64,000 nucleotides of DNA from a virus (taxonomy: Duplodnaviria; Caudoviricetes). Shown one piece after another: positions 38,301 through 47,243 of the stretch (its first letter is position 1; every line of letters starts with the position of its first letter). The notes beneath the pieces were generated by a model. It made no database searches. It saw only the letters and a program-made list of their open reading frames with translations, and had not been told where the DNA came from. Made by a program: the position numbers and the translations under genes. The stretch lies in IMG/VR virus record IMGVR_UViG_3300037501_000255; one strand, given 5' to 3'.

Positions 38301-39270
38301 TCTGCTCTTTAGACAATAGGTTTGTGATGCTACGCACACCCTTAACATCAGTAATATTTGGGTTTATATATATATTTGGTGTTAAAACCTCACCGGAGTT
38401 GGATATAACGCGCGTGTTTACATCCGCTATATTTGCCCAGCAGTAATCATGTAGGGCCTTTTGTAGCTCCTTATAGTGTCGCATGTAAGCTGCAGAGAGG
38501 ACGGCGAGCTGAGCTGGTAGATTTGCTAGGCTTTTCTGGTGCCCTGGCGGAGGTCCGGCCGGAAACATAACCTCAAAATCCATGCTACCCTGCATAAAGT
38601 CAGCAAGTACGGCCTGATTATATTCAATGAGATATTTGCCGTGCGCGATGCGCATGGCTTCAATCAAATCATTGAGGCGGGGAGATCTGTACTGAAAGCC
38701 CTTCTTGGGCGCGGCGCTTTTGACTAGATTATTTGGAAGAACTGTGAGGATTGGATTATTTATTATCTGCTGTTTGATAACGCTAATGAAGGCCATCCCC
38801 AATGCGAATGATAAGGCATTCCTGAGCGATTCATTATTATAAGATAATTCTCTAACAATAGACCTAATCTCCTCTGTGGGGTACTTTGAATCTAGAAGGT
38901 GTTGACGCAGCGCTACCAGGCTATCTTTATCGAAAGGTAGGACTTCCGGAATAAAGCCTGTAAGATGATTTGTGGGCAGTGCGCCGCGCAAAACGGGCAA
39001 TTCCGGCCGCACATCTTTAAGATGCGCAAGTAAGAATTGGGCAACCTTCTTGTTTAAGAGTTTTTGAAATGGATCCTCGACCTCGCCGCCAGATTTCGTA
39101 ATATTCTCAAAAGCAGCAAACAGATCTTCTACCGTAGCAGGGATGAGCTTGAACTGAGGGCGGGTTGGCGCCCTGGCATCAGCAGCTAGTGCTTTAAGAG
39201 CGTACCTTATATCGCCCGTTGCTTCAAATTTATCTGTATTCTTTTGAGATAGTATTTTCCAAAGAGTCAT
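35368..39270 (-). CDS. 1300-aa protein of unknown function
   Basis: Long uninterrupted ORF; no catalytic motif recognised. Confidence 0.7.
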   Translation of the reverse strand: MTLWKILSQKNTDKFEATGDIRYALKALAADARAPTRPQFKLIPATVEDLFAAFENITKSGGEVEDPFQKLLNKKVAQFLLAHLKDVRPELPVLRGALPTNHLTGFIPEVLPFDKDSLVALRQHLLDSKYPTEEIRSIVRELSYNNESLRNALSFALGMAFISVIKQQIINNPILTVLPNNLVKSAAPKKGFQYRSPRLNDLIEAMRIAHGKYLIEYNQAVLADFMQGSMDFEVMFPAGPPPGHQKSLANLPAQLAVLSAAYMRHYKELQKALHDYCWANIADVNTRVISNSGEVLTPNIYINPNITDVKGVRSITNLLSKEQKLASLDLNMTMWNGEKYSVASTNLNMGDIRTKFLSNRTYADVAFEVIDGAMESMESARAHMQAQSSAQLTQAIAKLMSKPNAAVATDILDEFIVAAKGEVNKAITSESNQFLEASNEAKRTYGSGTPGGDIAGTSFKTKDLDNIRAFNEEMMYAFEAARTQILNKYGPLFADKTSLQLILSNIFKLYAMPLLPLTMRYVYNAPSAIKLVDAASQPLTSEKEIKSINDKLGTLTDGFLPHLSAALSSQAFAERYAANEEDYKSSVINTDAISKLRDESLGSGVAASKLEPLLKYLGIDDTGIKAKQADIALTYSGAGQDAGRRTGDLINKILADIMSKYYELQKQGVTRDVTWEHVSVYVCNKVLPGIIEEYVTEVLSKKLSAKTSERREEIERFINTDFMSLKGGRGGAVLASNTIYGKLSQLYRAFADKQGKGEDASRLLNNSLGAMIIGADYGFRAARAAPALSAVREFFEKNKSDASVTDENWSDPANPRPRSWEELAQITKAFADPVPDTTSHASGIVRKTRLNIQPGERLSREQIDKLNAQRLAEGKGEIVEPSVYSSLVNTVRRLGNNLLGNPVGAIRMAMLDRRKEVLSISPAYEKDIVPYTKGGDVPFKQSPFVSTTYIPPQVEVDFSSVKLDAERSSEITDKSDENPIIKSILDDLAKSGVPTDTLQKVEKELQKLPPSYLTDKSIGTTVEMILGKVAPALRSTIRREQNTGKDPALPAPKQEEGEALITSLSKTIFSGGKLADRLVPQQQDGVARLNSKAEELMKYLQAVVQAQASLSKEMSAAGRNPVLLNQLRDLLSTSKVYRSQLLKAINKAKDMAEREAAGAEEEFDYIKESLTVSRDKVRDFISRMSQSPQYKDKADTVRRVSMALDSLVNVKDLGDAVSPQHLQLLLMDLNRRLSAGDDFSNLLLELDKYRVRNTRPPSERAKREEVKDIDTMFDEQAERWESAIKQEQSQLLTDPNQYRR

Positions 39271-40088
39271 TTATCCTTTCCTAAGGCTTCCAAAAGAGCT
39301 TTATTCTTAGACAGTGCCTGCAGTCGTGCTTTAATTGCCGATGTGGAAATGCCTATTTCTTCTGAAATTTCGAATAAAGTTCTGCCCTCCAAGAAAAGGT
39401 TAACTATTTTTTTGGTAGAGGGTTCAAGCCCATCAATTACGCTATTTATTGATAGGTTACTGACCACATCATGTTCTGAGTCCGAAGCTCTAAAGCCCAG
39501 TATCAGAACATCTTCGGGAGAGGTGCATTCTCGAATTGTAGTGTGCCCTCCATCTTTGAGTGGAATTTCTTCATCAGCGGAAAGCAGCGCCATGGGAATG
39601 GGATATGTGCGCCATTTACCTTCAGCAGTGCTTGTTCGGCAGTAGGTGCAGTATTTGGGCATCCCCCTGGTTTCATCAAAAACAAATGTCTGATCGCAGT
39701 GTGGGCATCGAGTTTTACAGAAGCGGTAGGTGCCATGAGTGGCCGTCCGACACTTCTCTGTGGCATACTTATATAGATTGACCATGCGATTCTTTACATG
39801 ATTCTGTAAAAATGTCAGCATATTAGCTGACTTCTCTATCGAATAATCTGGAATTGCGGCTAACGCAATGACGGTGAGTTCCTGAACTAAATCATCAATA
39901 CCGTATGATGGGATGGACATCTGACGCGCCTGATATCTGATAAAATCAGATATATATCGGTAGACCTGGTCTATCCCAACTCCCGTACGACTATCTATAT
40001 ATAGAACAACACCACTCTTCATGGGAATGTGGCCCGCAATCCACCTTCGACCACCGTCGGTGCCATATCTAATCTCGTATTGAGTCAT
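39267..40088 (-). CDS. sigma-70-family-like factor with zinc-ribbon insertion
   Basis: Region 2 DDLVQELTVIALAAIPDY...TFLQNHVKNRM; CPHC...CTYC insert; region 4 EGRTLFEISEEIGISTSAIKARL. Confidence 0.75.
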   Translation of the reverse strand: MTQYEIRYGTDGGRRWIAGHIPMKSGVVLYIDSRTGVGIDQVYRYISDFIRYQARQMSIPSYGIDDLVQELTVIALAAIPDYSIEKSANMLTFLQNHVKNRMVNLYKYATEKCRTATHGTYRFCKTRCPHCDQTFVFDETRGMPKYCTYCRTSTAEGKWRTYPIPMALLSADEEIPLKDGGHTTIRECTSPEDVLILGFRASDSEHDVVSNLSINSVIDGLEPSTKKIVNLFLEGRTLFEISEEIGISTSAIKARLQALSKNKALLEALGKDK

Positions 40089-41974
40089 TCTACCACCTCC
40101 GACGTGCCCCTCCATTCATCAACACCATCAGTTTTAGTAGCTGGGCATGCAGCTTGGAAGTCGCAGAAAGAACAAAGCCTTGACGGGCGCGGTTCCCAGC
40201 TCTGATCCGAACGTATCATGCCTGCTACCTTGGTAATTTCGGCAACACACCGTTCGGTATCCGTCTTTGAGATCGAGTACGGGATTGTCTTAGAGGCCTC
40301 GCCGAGTACGATGTACGAGCCCTTGATACGTTTGATGTCGGGATTCTCGTGCCACATTGCTAGTGCGTATACGAGCAGCTGAAATTCGTCAAGGTACTTA
40401 CTTTTTCCGGTGTTGTGCGTGACGACCATGCCGTCGCCGCACAGGTACAGCGAATCTGCTGCTTCTACGGCGATGCATTGCGTGGGAACGCTCGGCGTCG
40501 GTATGATGTTCGTAATGACCCTGCGCTTTGCTGCACAATCATGCCTATGTGATGTTTGCAGAAAAGCATCTACCTGAGCTGCTTTGCGCGGCAATTTGAA
40601 TGGATTAATACCAACCGGTCGAAATTCGAGCCTATGCGACTTATTTCCCAGCTTATCTATAGCGTGAAAGTATTGTACAGTAATTCCAAAGGTGCGGATG
40701 AGTTCGCGGACATCGCGCGTTAAGGCCTCACTCGTGGAGATAAATACTGCGCGTTTTCTCTGCGGATTCCACGAGCCATTGGAATCCATAATGCCTCTCA
40801 GCAACTCAAGGCGTTGAATGTGGGATGCCCTCAAATACTGAGATGGTATATGCTTATTATTAAGCAATCCCACCTTCCGTAAAATACCGGACAGCGGTAT
40901 ATTCCACCTGTATACTCCAACATTGCCATTGTTTCGGCATTGACGACAATACCGCCGGCCGTGGTAGGTGGCGAATTCGCTGTGCCCATAGCCGCATCGA
41001 TTCCGATCCCTTTTAATGCACGTGACAGCATACGCGGTCCTTTCCTTCCTTATAGAAATTTCACCCCAACGGCTCTCTAGCATATCTGTCATCGCCTGTA
41101 AGTCTTGGGTGCCGACAGTGATTTGACCACTGCGAGATGAGCCGTCACCCAGCCACACGCCCAATATCCATGGATCTACTGGAAGACTGATCTCTGGTAG
41201 CTCTAAAGAGGCGCTGTTTTGTACAACAAACCGCCCAGACACAGATTGTGTAAATCTTTGATAGAGCTCATCTGCATCTATTACTTCATCGTAGTTTCCT
41301 GCGGAACCATTTGTCCTAAAGCCGACTTGCCACAGATGGACATTGTCACATACTACGCTTGTATGATCTGAAAACTCAATCCTGTAACACGGTCTGTTGT
41401 GGATTTGTGACTTTACGCTCACCCTAGTCGGCCTACCGTCGCTTCCAAATACCATATCACCTACCGTAAGCTCACCCATTGTGGACCAGCCTGTCGGGGT
41501 AGGGATTCTGGTATCCATAGCAAGTCCCTTGTAGTCTACAATCTCGACGCCGCTGTCTGTTTGGTCTACTCTATCTATGAACCCCCGCAGGACGATATTC
41601 CCTGCCAACTCTATAGTAAATTCCTTCTCATTGAAAAGGACCTTGGGCAGACCCTCGCTGCGTAGCTTGGCTAGGTATGTGTCTAACATGCTCTTGGCGG
41701 TGCCGCGCTGCTCTTTGGTCAGAGCATGTGAGGACAGTGTCTTGCGACAGATATCTTTAAGGAGCGAACCCCATTCCTCTGGTGGAGTTGGAGTGTCGCG
41801 CAAAGTATTGTGAAATGACTCAAGCACATCGTGAACGAAGTTTCCTAGCTCTATGTGAGGCCACTTTTTCTTGGGGAGCTTCTGTATGTACGTGAAGTAA
41901 TACTTTCTCGGACACTGGGTATATGTCTTGATGGCCGAGGCCGATATCTTCAACTTATCACTTTTAATTACCAT
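40085..41974 (-). CDS. PD-(D/E)XK nuclease (RecB/AddB/Cas4-like), intein-containing
   Basis: SASAIKTYTQCPRKY, GNFVHDVLE, GFIDRVD, IVDYK-[intein]-TGKS, QLLVYA, CSFCDFQAAC. Confidence 0.88.
   Translation of the reverse strand: MVIKSDKLKISASAIKTYTQCPRKYYFTYIQKLPKKKWPHIELGNFVHDVLESFHNTLRDTPTPPEEWGSLLKDICRKTLSSHALTKEQRGTAKSMLDTYLAKLRSEGLPKVLFNEKEFTIELAGNIVLRGFIDRVDQTDSGVEIVDYKGLAMDTRIPTPTGWSTMGELTVGDMVFGSDGRPTRVSVKSQIHNRPCYRIEFSDHTSVVCDNVHLWQVGFRTNGSAGNYDEVIDADELYQRFTQSVSGRFVVQNSASLELPEISLPVDPWILGVWLGDGSSRSGQITVGTQDLQAMTDMLESRWGEISIRKERTAYAVTCIKRDRNRCGYGHSEFATYHGRRYCRQCRNNGNVGVYRWNIPLSGILRKVGLLNNKHIPSQYLRASHIQRLELLRGIMDSNGSWNPQRKRAVFISTSEALTRDVRELIRTFGITVQYFHAIDKLGNKSHRLEFRPVGINPFKLPRKAAQVDAFLQTSHRHDCAAKRRVITNIIPTPSVPTQCIAVEAADSLYLCGDGMVVTHNTGKSKYLDEFQLLVYALAMWHENPDIKRIKGSYIVLGEASKTIPYSISKTDTERCVAEITKVAGMIRSDQSWEPRPSRLCSFCDFQAACPATKTDGVDEWRGTSEVVE
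40412..41527 (-). mobile_element. 372-aa class 3 intein with LAGLIDADG domain
   Basis: Starts GLAMDTRIPTPTGW (no Cys/Ser1); block B DNVHLW, block F PTQCIAV, block G VVTHN then Thr+1 (WCT signature). Confidence 0.9.
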
Positions 41975-41981
41975 GCCTACC

Positions 41982-42872
41982 TTAACTTTGGTGCCTACCG
42001 TATGTGAACCACTTAAACACATGCGGATTGCTATAGTGCGGTCGCGGCAGATTAGCTGGCGCCGGAGGGAGATCCTGAATGGATCTTACCCATCTGCTGC
42101 TATTTGAATCAAAGTACGAGAAGACAATAACGTTTTTATCCCTATCGTAGTGGTATTTTGTAGCGGAGCCGCTGAAATAGTTTGAGTTTCCTAAATTAAC
42201 ATAATCGATACCGCTCCAGGATGTGCGTGAGTTTCTGAGAGACATCAGATGGCCATTTATTATGTCAACAGCCGGCTTTTCCGGTGCAGATGCGCGGCCG
42301 TCTACCAAAAGATACATGGCGTCCGTTCGGACTTCACTCTGATTGTTGGCTGATGAAAACATGGGCGGGGAATCATCTATAATTGAACCCGTATATTTAG
42401 GAGGTTCCAGCACTACCCGAGTATCTGTGCCAACAACAGTGCCATCAGGCAGAGTTTCCGGCTGGATAATCTCGAGTTCGCTCAGAGGGATATCGATATA
42501 GAAAATCGGGTCTCCGGCAAAATCATAATACAGCGGCACGTCTGCGCCGCCGGGGTATGAATATACGATGCCTTCAAAAAACACGTATCTGGTGCGCCCC
42601 AGGTCTGTATTATCTGTTCCGTATGTCTGAGTCAACACCGCGCTTGGTACCGTTGCGTAGCCGTCAAAATAATATGCTACGGCGCTTACTGTAACCATCC
42701 CGACATTGGTTGGCATGGTTATAGCTTCTGTATATACGGCAGATAGCGGCGTGGGTAGTGTACCATCTAAGGTATAGTAGATGGTGGAAGGTAGATTTGT
42801 GAACAGCTCTACTTGCTGCGGTATACCGGAAATAATTTCTTTCTCTGATGGCGAAAGGGATAGGATAATCAT
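41982..42872 (-). CDS. protein with N-terminal Fn3-associated/chitobiase C-terminal-like Ig domain
   Basis: STIYYTLDGTLPTPLSAVYTEAITMP...TVSAVAY. Confidence 0.6.
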   Translation of the reverse strand: MIILSLSPSEKEIISGIPQQVELFTNLPSTIYYTLDGTLPTPLSAVYTEAITMPTNVGMVTVSAVAYYFDGYATVPSAVLTQTYGTDNTDLGRTRYVFFEGIVYSYPGGADVPLYYDFAGDPIFYIDIPLSELEIIQPETLPDGTVVGTDTRVVLEPPKYTGSIIDDSPPMFSSANNQSEVRTDAMYLLVDGRASAPEKPAVDIINGHLMSLRNSRTSWSGIDYVNLGNSNYFSGSATKYHYDRDKNVIVFSYFDSNSSRWVRSIQDLPPAPANLPRPHYSNPHVFKWFTYGRHQS

Positions 42873-43216
42873 TTAACTGCCTGTATGAAGTGAGGGCTAC
42901 GCTCGACGAGATTCTCACTCTCTGCTGCCCAATAAACGTGATGGGCTAGCTTTCTACAAAACGCGGCAGCATCCATATACTTTACTCTGATATTCTCATC
43001 AGTGGCATCTGCAGCATATCTGCCAAGATGGTGACTCCAGGACAGCAACTCAGCTATAATAATGCTGTTTGGATTTTCTCTAATTTCAGCGAGTGCGCGT
43101 TCAAATGCAATTTTGAATGCAGCATCAAACCCCAGCTTGGAAATTGCTGCGCAAAGATTATTAAATGTTATCTCCGGTATTTTGTAGTGTGTGTTTAATG
43201 TCATGGCCAAACCCAT
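42869..43216 (-). CDS. hypothetical protein
   Basis: About 115 aa, ATGA overlap with the downstream gene. Confidence 0.55.
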   Translation of the reverse strand: MGLAMTLNTHYKIPEITFNNLCAAISKLGFDAAFKIAFERALAEIRENPNSIIIAELLSWSHHLGRYAADATDENIRVKYMDAAAFCRKLAHHVYWAAESENLVERSPHFIQAVK

Positions 43217-43355
43217 AAAAATGTATAATTCTCATCGTTATAATTCCATTATCGGTGAAGTCTAGCCTTCCAACTATTCATTTTGGCTTAACTGACCTTC
43301 ACGACTTGGCCGGCCGGGAAGTTTCTTTACTGAAATATCGTATTTCATGCGTAGA

Positions 43356-45461
43356 TTAGGAAATTTCGACCTCGCTACCAGCATGGGTGCGTTTTACAGT
43401 GATAATTGTCTCAAACTCATCCTTCAACGCAGGATCGTGTGTGATCACAAGAATCTTCATATGACGCTCCAATTTTCGTATGATGGTGACAAATATATCG
43501 ATATTGTACGGATCCAAACTGGAACTAACCTCATCTAAAAGCAGCAGTTGCGCCTCGCCTCCCATCCTGCGAGCCTGAATTGAGCCAAGAGCGAGTCGGA
43601 TTGCAAAGGATACTATAAACTTCTCGCCGCCACTCAGTGAGTGCCAGGGCTGGGGGCCATTTCGTGTATTGATTTCTATATCAAAAGTCTCTTTCCACTC
43701 GCCTTTGGTGCCCTGCTTTTGCGTGACGAACGAGATGTGCATTGGCTCGCTAGAAAATTCAGATAGCCATGCATTAGTTGCTCTCGTCAGTTCATCAACA
43801 ACATTGTCGATGATAATCGCTTGGACGCCATCTCTACCAAAAGCTTTCGTTAATCGGCTATAGACTGTCGCTTGCTTGGTGCACTCATTAAGTATATCCA
43901 TAGCCTTATTGCGCGCATCCAGAGTCTCTTGCAGAGCTTCGATTTGCGCTGCCAGCTGCCCGCTTTTGACGAAAAGCTCCCGGGCGCTATTTCTATTGCT
44001 CTTTAATTCCTCTTTTTTGATGGACAGTTGTTGCGTTTTAAGAGCATATGAATCTAATGCCTCGACATTAGAAATTGAATTCAGAGCTGCTCGGATATCG
44101 TGCAGCTTCTTTTCAGTTAATAGAATTTCTTCCAGAAGCGCCGAGCGCTGACCTTCAGTCGTTGTTATTCGCAATTGAAGTGTATTGAGCCCGTCATTTA
44201 GATTAGCAAGTTGTATCTTGAACTTCTCAAGATCAAACGCCTGCTGCGATAGTCTCTCAAGCTCCCCCTTCGCAGCAGTTACTTTGCTCTCTGCGCGCTG
44301 CACCTTTGCCAGTAGAGTCGCCAGTTCTGCCTTCCGAGCATCTAACTCGGCCTGTTTGGAAGCGGCGTCGGTCCATTCGTGGCCACATGTGGTGCATTTA
44401 TCACCGTTTGTTAGGGTTTCTATTTGAGTTCTTATTTGACGAGTCTTGGCTTTCCCCTCCACTAGAGAGGCTTCCATCTTAGATACGTCTGCTTTACGCA
44501 GTTCCAAATCTGCACTTGCAAGCTCCTTAACTAGATTTGCCAGCCCAGCCTCTTTTTCTTCAATGGCCTTCTGGGCCGAAGCGAGTGAACTATTTAGCTC
44601 TGTAAGAGTGCGGTCGTGGGTATTACGCACGGATTGTAGCCTGCTCAGCTCTTTATCTAATCGCGAACTTTCCGTATCCAATTCTTTAATCTTTGTCGCT
44701 TGACGCCCCTTATCCGAATCGGATAGTATAGCGTCTTCCAAAAGACTTATTTGTTTTTCAAGTTCAGCACTGTCAGAGGCTAGTGCCTCAATCTGAGCAT
44801 TGACGTTGACAAGCTCATTGCGGGAGTCGCGCAGAGAACTCTCTGCGTTTTCGGAGCGCAGAAGCTGCGCTCTCATAATCTCAATCTCCCCTTCTAGCTT
44901 GTCGAATCTAGTTTTAGCAACCTTCTGATACTTTGTCCAATCCTCCAAATTCAACAGAGAGCCGAGAAGCGCCTGACGCGTAGAAAATGTGCCCTGTGTA
45001 AAATCGAAGAATGAACCCTGTCTAAAATAGACGGAGTTTAAAAAAACATCATATGTGCATTTTATTGTCTCACAAATGATCGAGTCTGTAATCTTATTTG
45101 TATCACCATGCAGTTTTTCTCTTTGACCGTCTTCGGTCACGCGCCAGAACTCCGTAATCATTTTGGAATATTTGGCATTGCGCGTGCGCTTTATTTGGTA
45201 TTTCTGTTCATTGTGAATAAAATCCAACACAACTTCGCACGTTACCTGACCGCGCTTGACTACATCATCGGCATTCTTATCTCCAGTTTCTCCATAAAGT
45301 GCAAATGATAGGGACTCGAGGATGGATGATTTTCCACTGCCATTACTTCTGCGTGGATCTCCAGACTTCTCGCCTATTATAAGAGCAGAGGAGAAGTCGA
45401 AATCTATTACCGAATGCGTGTGGCTCTTGAAGTTGCTGAGCTCTAATCTAGTGGGAAGCAC
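43356..45461 (-). CDS. sbcC: SbcC/Rad50/gp46-like SMC ATPase
   Basis: LSNFKSH, NGSGKSS, coiled coil with CTTC hook, LSGGE, LLLLDEVSSSLD, ITHD; GTG start at 45461 with aggag RBS. Confidence 0.93.
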   Translation of the reverse strand: MLPTRLELSNFKSHTHSVIDFDFSSALIIGEKSGDPRRSNGSGKSSILESLSFALYGETGDKNADDVVKRGQVTCEVVLDFIHNEQKYQIKRTRNAKYSKMITEFWRVTEDGQREKLHGDTNKITDSIICETIKCTYDVFLNSVYFRQGSFFDFTQGTFSTRQALLGSLLNLEDWTKYQKVAKTRFDKLEGEIEIMRAQLLRSENAESSLRDSRNELVNVNAQIEALASDSAELEKQISLLEDAILSDSDKGRQATKIKELDTESSRLDKELSRLQSVRNTHDRTLTELNSSLASAQKAIEEKEAGLANLVKELASADLELRKADVSKMEASLVEGKAKTRQIRTQIETLTNGDKCTTCGHEWTDAASKQAELDARKAELATLLAKVQRAESKVTAAKGELERLSQQAFDLEKFKIQLANLNDGLNTLQLRITTTEGQRSALLEEILLTEKKLHDIRAALNSISNVEALDSYALKTQQLSIKKEELKSNRNSARELFVKSGQLAAQIEALQETLDARNKAMDILNECTKQATVYSRLTKAFGRDGVQAIIIDNVVDELTRATNAWLSEFSSEPMHISFVTQKQGTKGEWKETFDIEINTRNGPQPWHSLSGGEKFIVSFAIRLALGSIQARRMGGEAQLLLLDEVSSSLDPYNIDIFVTIIRKLERHMKILVITHDPALKDEFETIITVKRTHAGSEVEIS

Positions 45462-46671
45462 TTTTATCTCCTGCTGCGCGAATAATGTCCACACCGGCAT
45501 CTATCAACATTTTGCGCATCTCTTCATCATCAACTGAATTCTCAAGGTACATCCTCAATGCTTGCACATGTGAAATATCCTCGGTAATTCTATCATCTCT
45601 AGATTGCCTAGATGTTATTATCTCAGGTTTAATTTCCGCACAGAAGTGCGCTCCATATACATCTCTCAGATGAGATGCGATCGTGCGCGCATCTAGGAAT
45701 TGTTCATCTTCGGCGCATATACGTATTGTCGTGCGCACTATGCTGCTCGAGAGGCTATGTGTTTTAGCATAAGCGGCTATGTCGATCTTGATCCTATCCA
45801 TCAGCTGCTCGCCCACAACCATGGATGCATAATCCAACGTTAGGTCCCACATGTCACGGCATGGCTCTCTGTAGTATTCGACATTGGCAGTTTCAAGATC
45901 AATTATAGCATAGAGTTTATCGTGGTCTTCAAACCCACCCCTCTTTTCCATTGAGCCGATATACGCTATGTAGGGGTTCTCGCTAATGACACCTGGCTTA
46001 TGTATATGCCCCATCAAAGTGACATTTATGCCGGAAAACATGCTGCACGGCAAGGTTAATTGATTCTCGCCATATAAATCCTTATACGCTTCATCGACAA
46101 ATGTGCCTTCTATAGTCATGTGCCCCACTAAAATTGTGGGCAAGATGTTGTTGCGTACGGACATCAGGGCGTCTAACTCAGATTTGATGGCTTGCACGGC
46201 ATCGGCATGCGTCTCCTGCTCCATCCACAGTCGATCTCGGTAGGGCATGAGAATGAGGTTTGCTACTGGCTTGCCGAACCACTCTATAGTTTGCAGAGAC
46301 AGATCATCATATACGCGTATATTTGGTAGGTTAAGTTCCTTCAGGTAAGATATGGTCGTTGTAGCGTGAATACGCTGTTGATCGTGATTTCCTATTACAA
46401 TATGTATGCGCTCTATCCCTTTAGACAAAGCGCGGTGTAGACTCTGAGAGAAGATTTTTTGTTGAACAATAGATGGGAACCTATGTTCAAAGATATCTCC
46501 TGTGAATACAATCTCTGAAACGCCCGCCGCAACCATCTCATCAATTGTAATATCTAAAGTCTCTGCATAATCAATAAGGCGCGTATTGACATTTAGCGAA
46601 GGGTGCTGCTTTCCTGCCCACTGGTTGGCTCCTAAGTGCACATCTCCGATAACACCGATTTTAATACTCAT
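45448..46671 (-). CDS. sbcD: SbcD/Mre11/gp47-like nuclease
   Basis: GDVHLG, FTGDIF, GNHD, VGH, GHIH phosphoesterase motifs. Confidence 0.93.
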   Translation of the reverse strand: MSIKIGVIGDVHLGANQWAGKQHPSLNVNTRLIDYAETLDITIDEMVAAGVSEIVFTGDIFEHRFPSIVQQKIFSQSLHRALSKGIERIHIVIGNHDQQRIHATTTISYLKELNLPNIRVYDDLSLQTIEWFGKPVANLILMPYRDRLWMEQETHADAVQAIKSELDALMSVRNNILPTILVGHMTIEGTFVDEAYKDLYGENQLTLPCSMFSGINVTLMGHIHKPGVISENPYIAYIGSMEKRGGFEDHDKLYAIIDLETANVEYYREPCRDMWDLTLDYASMVVGEQLMDRIKIDIAAYAKTHSLSSSIVRTTIRICAEDEQFLDARTIASHLRDVYGAHFCAEIKPEIITSRQSRDDRITEDISHVQALRMYLENSVDDEEMRKMLIDAGVDIIRAAGDKSASH

Positions 46672-47243
46672 ACTTTTCTACGCTCCAGCTCCATCATTAT
46701 TTGAAGGGAGAAGTTTCTGGCTTGCTCGCCGTCTTCATCGGTTAATTTTGCGAACCGCTCGTCTATTCTCTTAAATATGCTTTCCGCCCAGGCGCACTCT
46801 TCCTTGAATGCCAGTGTGTCATTTAGCGAAGCTAGATACTCCCTAATCGCCACACTCATTTGAAAATTAATCTCATGTATATTTATCTTAGGCCTTGTTG
46901 CTGCAGCGTCTGATAGGTCTATGGATATGTTCTTTGATTTTTTATACCTCATGGCGACTACATCGCCAGGAGAGCCCCTAATCATACCAATAAAATCAAA
47001 AATATCCCCTCGCGCCGAGCAGCCGTAACAGAAAAATGTCTTATCTGTGTCTGATAAATGTAACGATGGAGTTCGCTCTTGTCCGTTTTTATGGAACGGG
47101 CAGGTGCACTTATGAGTCCAAGAGGCTGAGCTAACCGACTCGACCCTATTTGAATATTTGTTTGCTACAGCTTCGAACGACAGAGATTTAGCTAGCTGCT
47201 TACGCAGTGCCTTGCTCTCATCTGTCGTCAGCCATGCAATCAT
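46668..47243 (-). CDS. standalone CHC2 zinc-finger (primase zinc-binding domain) protein
   Basis: CPFHKNGQERTPSL...FFCYGCSARGDIFDF; no TOPRIM domain follows. Confidence 0.85.
   Translation of the reverse strand: MIAWLTTDESKALRKQLAKSLSFEAVANKYSNRVESVSSASWTHKCTCPFHKNGQERTPSLHLSDTDKTFFCYGCSARGDIFDFIGMIRGSPGDVVAMRYKKSKNISIDLSDAAATRPKINIHEINFQMSVAIREYLASLNDTLAFKEECAWAESIFKRIDERFAKLTDEDGEQARNFSLQIMMELERRKV

Noticed and set aside
40140-40520. Apparently CG-rich codon usage flanking the class 3 intein (possible co-conversion tract)
   Set aside because: Impression by eye only, over too short a stretch to support without a codon-usage calculation
40085-41974. Nuclease as evidence of a CRISPR-Cas (Cas4) system
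   Set aside because: No array, cas1 or cas2 nearby; such PD-(D/E)XK nucleases are common in phage recombination modules
22529-43216. Identical 10-mer ATGGGTTTGG near two gene starts (22529-22538 and 43207-43216) as a promoter motif
   Set aside because: Two copies of a 10-mer are compatible with chance, and the spacing to the starts differs
43170-43348. Possible small frameshifted ORF (MKYDISVKK... joined to IVGRLDF...) in the sbcC downstream gap
   Set aside because: It requires assuming a 1-nt deletion, and there is no recognisable motif or RBS
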